A stretch of 64,000 bases of DNA from the human T2T-CHM13v2.0 reference genome, Homo sapiens. The stretch lies in NCBI RefSeq assembly GCF_009914755.1, contig NC_060946.1. The stretch is one strand, 5' to 3'. The position numbers and the translations under genes were made by a program. Positions 59,273 to 64,000 of the stretch are shown piece after piece (positions within the stretch are counted from its first letter, which is position 1; each line of letters starts with the position of its first letter). The notes under the pieces were generated by a model, which ran no database searches, was not told the DNA's origin, and was given only the letters and a program-made list of their open reading frames with translations.

Positions 59273-60002
59273 AAGTCTCTCTTCTCCTCCCCTCCTACCT
59301 TCCTTTTTAATTGTAGGACTTCTCAGAACCCTCACAATGTGCCAAATGACTCTCCAAGAGGGAGACAATATGTACACCTCTTCTAAACTTTTTTAACCAT
59401 GGAATTTTTTCTTCCTCAGTAAATCATGTGGAATATACTTTAAGAACTGCCTTCCTCATTTTAAAAAATGAAGAAAAAACAAATTAATATAGGTATAATA
59501 CTCAAAAGGTTTAAATATTAAAAGTATTGCAAAGAAAGAACATCGTACCGTAAGACAAAAAAAAAAAAAAGAGGTAGCACTCATTTTATTAACAATCTAA
59601 CTGTGAAAACTAATCGGAGGTGAGTATGTAGGAAAATGCCCATCTACCTTGCAGAAGTATTTCAGAGAAAATCAAGCTATGGACAACAATATAATACCAT
59701 GAAAATATACGAATTTGGAATGGCAAATCCCTTTACTTTTGAAATCACTCTAGTAAAAATGAAGGGATAAATAAGTCTGTACTATGAAAATACAAAGTGG
59801 TTATTAACCTAGACAACTTCTACACATAGTTCAATGCTTAGCTCTTATCATTTCCTCCTCCTTTCTCCTGCTTTTCAATGTTTCCATAGCACCCTATCTG
59901 TGGTACCACTGTTATTGTACTGTATTGCAATAATTCATTTTCTATTCTGACTTCTTGTCTAGACTGTAAGCTCATTGAGAATAGGGATCATATTATATCT
60001 GA

Positions 60003-60380
<378 letters not shown>

Positions 60381-62289
60381 CATTTCATGAATTATTAAAA
60401 AGCTTATAGTTAATAAATTAAATTCAGTAAACATTTAAAAGAGTAAACTGAAGTATCCCAAATCTTGAAATAGTGGAGTCATCATTAGTGTTACTCAATT
60501 TGCCTCCTCATTATGATATAAATAGCCAGCACCTGGCACATAGTAAGCCCCCAGTAAACGCATATAGAAATAATTATTCAATCAATTAATCAAAGTTTGA
60601 CTACAAATTCAGATCTTAGTAGAACAGGGCTACACACTTCCAAATCAAAGAACAGCTCTCGAGTCACTTGCAGCTTTTGTATCTCACTACCTCTGCCTGA
60701 TCCTACCTAAAAGCTGCTGTACTGAAGCATGGCTTCTGATCGCTGAAAAATGATGGCCAAAGCTACCTTTCTCCCTCCAGGGCCTCAAACACAGAAAAGT
60801 GTCTTCACAATGCAGAGCACTGCACCTGGCATCAAGGGATATAGAAATTCTAGCACTAACATACTTGCCTCGATTTACTGTAGCCAAAGAAATTCCTATA
60901 AAATGTGAACAAATAGGTGCTAACTGAAAAAAAACTCAGAAATTTTAAAACCCCAGCAGCTCTGAAAATCTGAAATCATTTATTTTTGCAGACAATCATA
61001 GCCTAAGTTAATTTTCTATACTTAGCACCTTTGTCTCCCATCTAGACATATGTCCATCATTTCTTTTTCAATATTCTTTCCAATTAATTGTATTATACTG
61101 TAAACCCATTCTTCCCACTTCAATTTCTCTCTGTCTTAACCTACACATGGCTTACCTTTCCCAGATGGTATAATTGAATACTTAAAAATTAAAAAGTAGA
61201 CAGAATTCTGTCTTCACAAAAATGCCCAGAGACACAGCATTCCTTTTAAGCCACAGCAATTACCAATCAGCCTAAAGGCCATCTAAATTTTAAAGTCTTC
61301 AGAGAATAGCATGACAGGAGAATGCTCCAAGTATGAGTTAAAGACTCTTTTCACCATCCAGACTATGACTTCTTTGTGGGTTTATTCTCCCACAAGAGAA
61401 TGTGGGATGTATTATTCTTTTACAATTTGCTTAGGATGGATGTGTAAGTTCTCTCCAACAAGGGCTCTGGAATATGATTTTTTTTTTTTTTTTTTTTTTT
61501 TTAGTGAAGACTGCATTTAGCAGAAATTCAAACAGAAGCATGAATTAAGGGGTAATTTCAGATGTAGTGAAAAGCTGTAATGTCCATTCAAAGTAATGAA
61601 GGCACACCGCATTAATCTCCTAAAAAGATTCACACGCTATGAGTAGAGCAATTCTATTTCTTAGTGGGAACAAATTAAGATGATTTCCCTTACAGAAATT
61701 GCCATAATTACAAGTAATTATCTTGTACTCTCTAAATTTACCACTATAGCACATTCTGCAAATATCATTCCCTTCAAAGACTTTATTTGGAAATACAGGA
61801 GAGATTGTTGCTCTGTGAATTGTGCTACAGATCTCAAACTGATTGTTTAACAGTACTACATAATATATGTAGTAAAGACATGGCATTCTGAAGTTGGAAG
61901 AGCTTGGAATTCCAAATACAGGAGAGTCCCTTCATCAGGTAACTAATATTACCCAAAGGAGTGCAAACAAAATGAGAATGGCAAACATTCAAAGATAAAC
62001 TAGTCAAATGTGGGCTTATGCATGAAACAATGAGCAGAATCATTCTGATATGCATGGGGCAATCATGGAAAACATGTAAACAGCTGCTGTAGTATTTATA
62101 AAAATCCTTGCAGAGCCAAATAAAATCCCATCATTTGCAGCCTACTCAGTTTTTCATTTTCCTTTAATAAGAAAATGGGAGAAAAACCAGTTACTCATTG
62201 GGCATTAAGAGGAGAATAAGCATGTAAAAACCTAATTTCACCATCTTTGAGGCCAATCACCGTCTGGATTTCAGCTGGCATTTGAAGTC

Positions 62290-62705
62290 TATTCTCCAGC
62301 CAAACTGAGATTCCTTACCATTGTAAAAGAAAAAAAAAAAAAAACATGCCCAGAGCTTGCCTTTCCTCTTCTTGTTGCCTAGAATGTACTCCCTCATCTC
62401 TGCCTGGTAAAAATCAGCCTACCCTTCAAGTCAAGTTAAAATACTACTCTACCGTGAAGACTCTCTTGGTCCACTCATTCCTACCCCCAATTCCAAATAC
62501 TTCTTCATCTCCCATCCAATCTAGCTGTGACCTCTCCTTTAATTCACTCTCCAGAGAACTTTGTGCCTCTCTGGTGATGCTTAACATATGCCACCTCATA
62601 TTTCAGGTATTTGGGGACTTGCCTTATCCCCACTACTAGATCGTAGCCTGAGAAATGCACTTTATTCATCTTTGCATCTCCTGCAGCTATAGTAAATGTT
62701 TAATA
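62290..62705 (+). mobile_element. L2 fragment
   Basis: ctccagccaaactg..tgcctagaatg..cccttcaagtcaag..ttattcatctttgcatctcc. Confidence 0.6.
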
Positions 62706-63114
62706 ATATGATCACTTATGATAAATTTGATTTTTAAAATTATTCTAATTTAGAAGCATGTCATTGAAACAGTCTCTAAAATAGCTACACAGTCTATTAA
62801 GGAATAATATATATTTTAAACTCTAAACAAATATCTGGTTTTATTTAACAAAAACTGTACAATTTCATATTAATGTTTAAAGCTCATCCATGGTAAGATT
62901 ATACCTCTGTGCCTATTAATCTTACCTAGTTTATTTGGTCAATATAAATAGTAACTCTACTTGTACATGTAATTACACACAGTCAATAATCTGTTAACTT
63001 AAGATCCCTCCTTTAACTGATATCTCTTACAGTTAGAATTTTTATGCTTACATTTTAAACAAAAAGATAAAGAAATGTACTAAGTTTCTCCATATTTTCA
63101 TCTTGTTTCAATCA

Positions 63115-63896
<782 letters not shown>

Positions 63897-64000
63897 TTAA
63901 AAAATAAAGTCACCGAGTTCTGCTCAAATTAGCACAATTTGCCCACATTTACAGTTATTTACTGGAAATATTGGTTCTATAATAGCCCAGTTCTTCTAAA

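Noticed and set aside
59543-59551. miR-126-like tcgtaccgt
   Set aside because: Only a 9-nt match and no precursor hairpin.

Overview
This window is human genomic DNA: it carries a near-consensus AluYa8, a human-specific subfamily. It is AT-rich and repeat-rich, and I recognise no host protein-coding exon. The + strand looks A>T and C>G by eye, and the three solo LTRs and most old L1 sequence lie on +. Both point to a large intron of a gene transcribed on the - strand; this is an inference and I could not identify the gene. Contents: about 34 Alu/FLAM/FRAM pieces, one full-length dead L1PA2 (18271-24293, -) with an open antisense ORF0, old L1M/L2/L3/MIR/MER5 fragments, solo LTRs (LTR33, MLT2B-like, MER41-type), STRs and several motif-dense enhancer candidates. 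Almost all ORFs in the supplied track are Alu/L1 artefacts or chance. I found no convincing new gene system. The most unusual structure is a composite insertion inside an old L1 5'UTR (8398-9047): a 7-unit minisatellite fused to an inverted ~300 bp copy of 5919-6452 that preserves the empty site of a later Alu. Several smaller template-switch-like scars and local duplications are scattered through the window. Repeat subfamily calls come from recalled consensus sequences, not from a RepeatMasker run.
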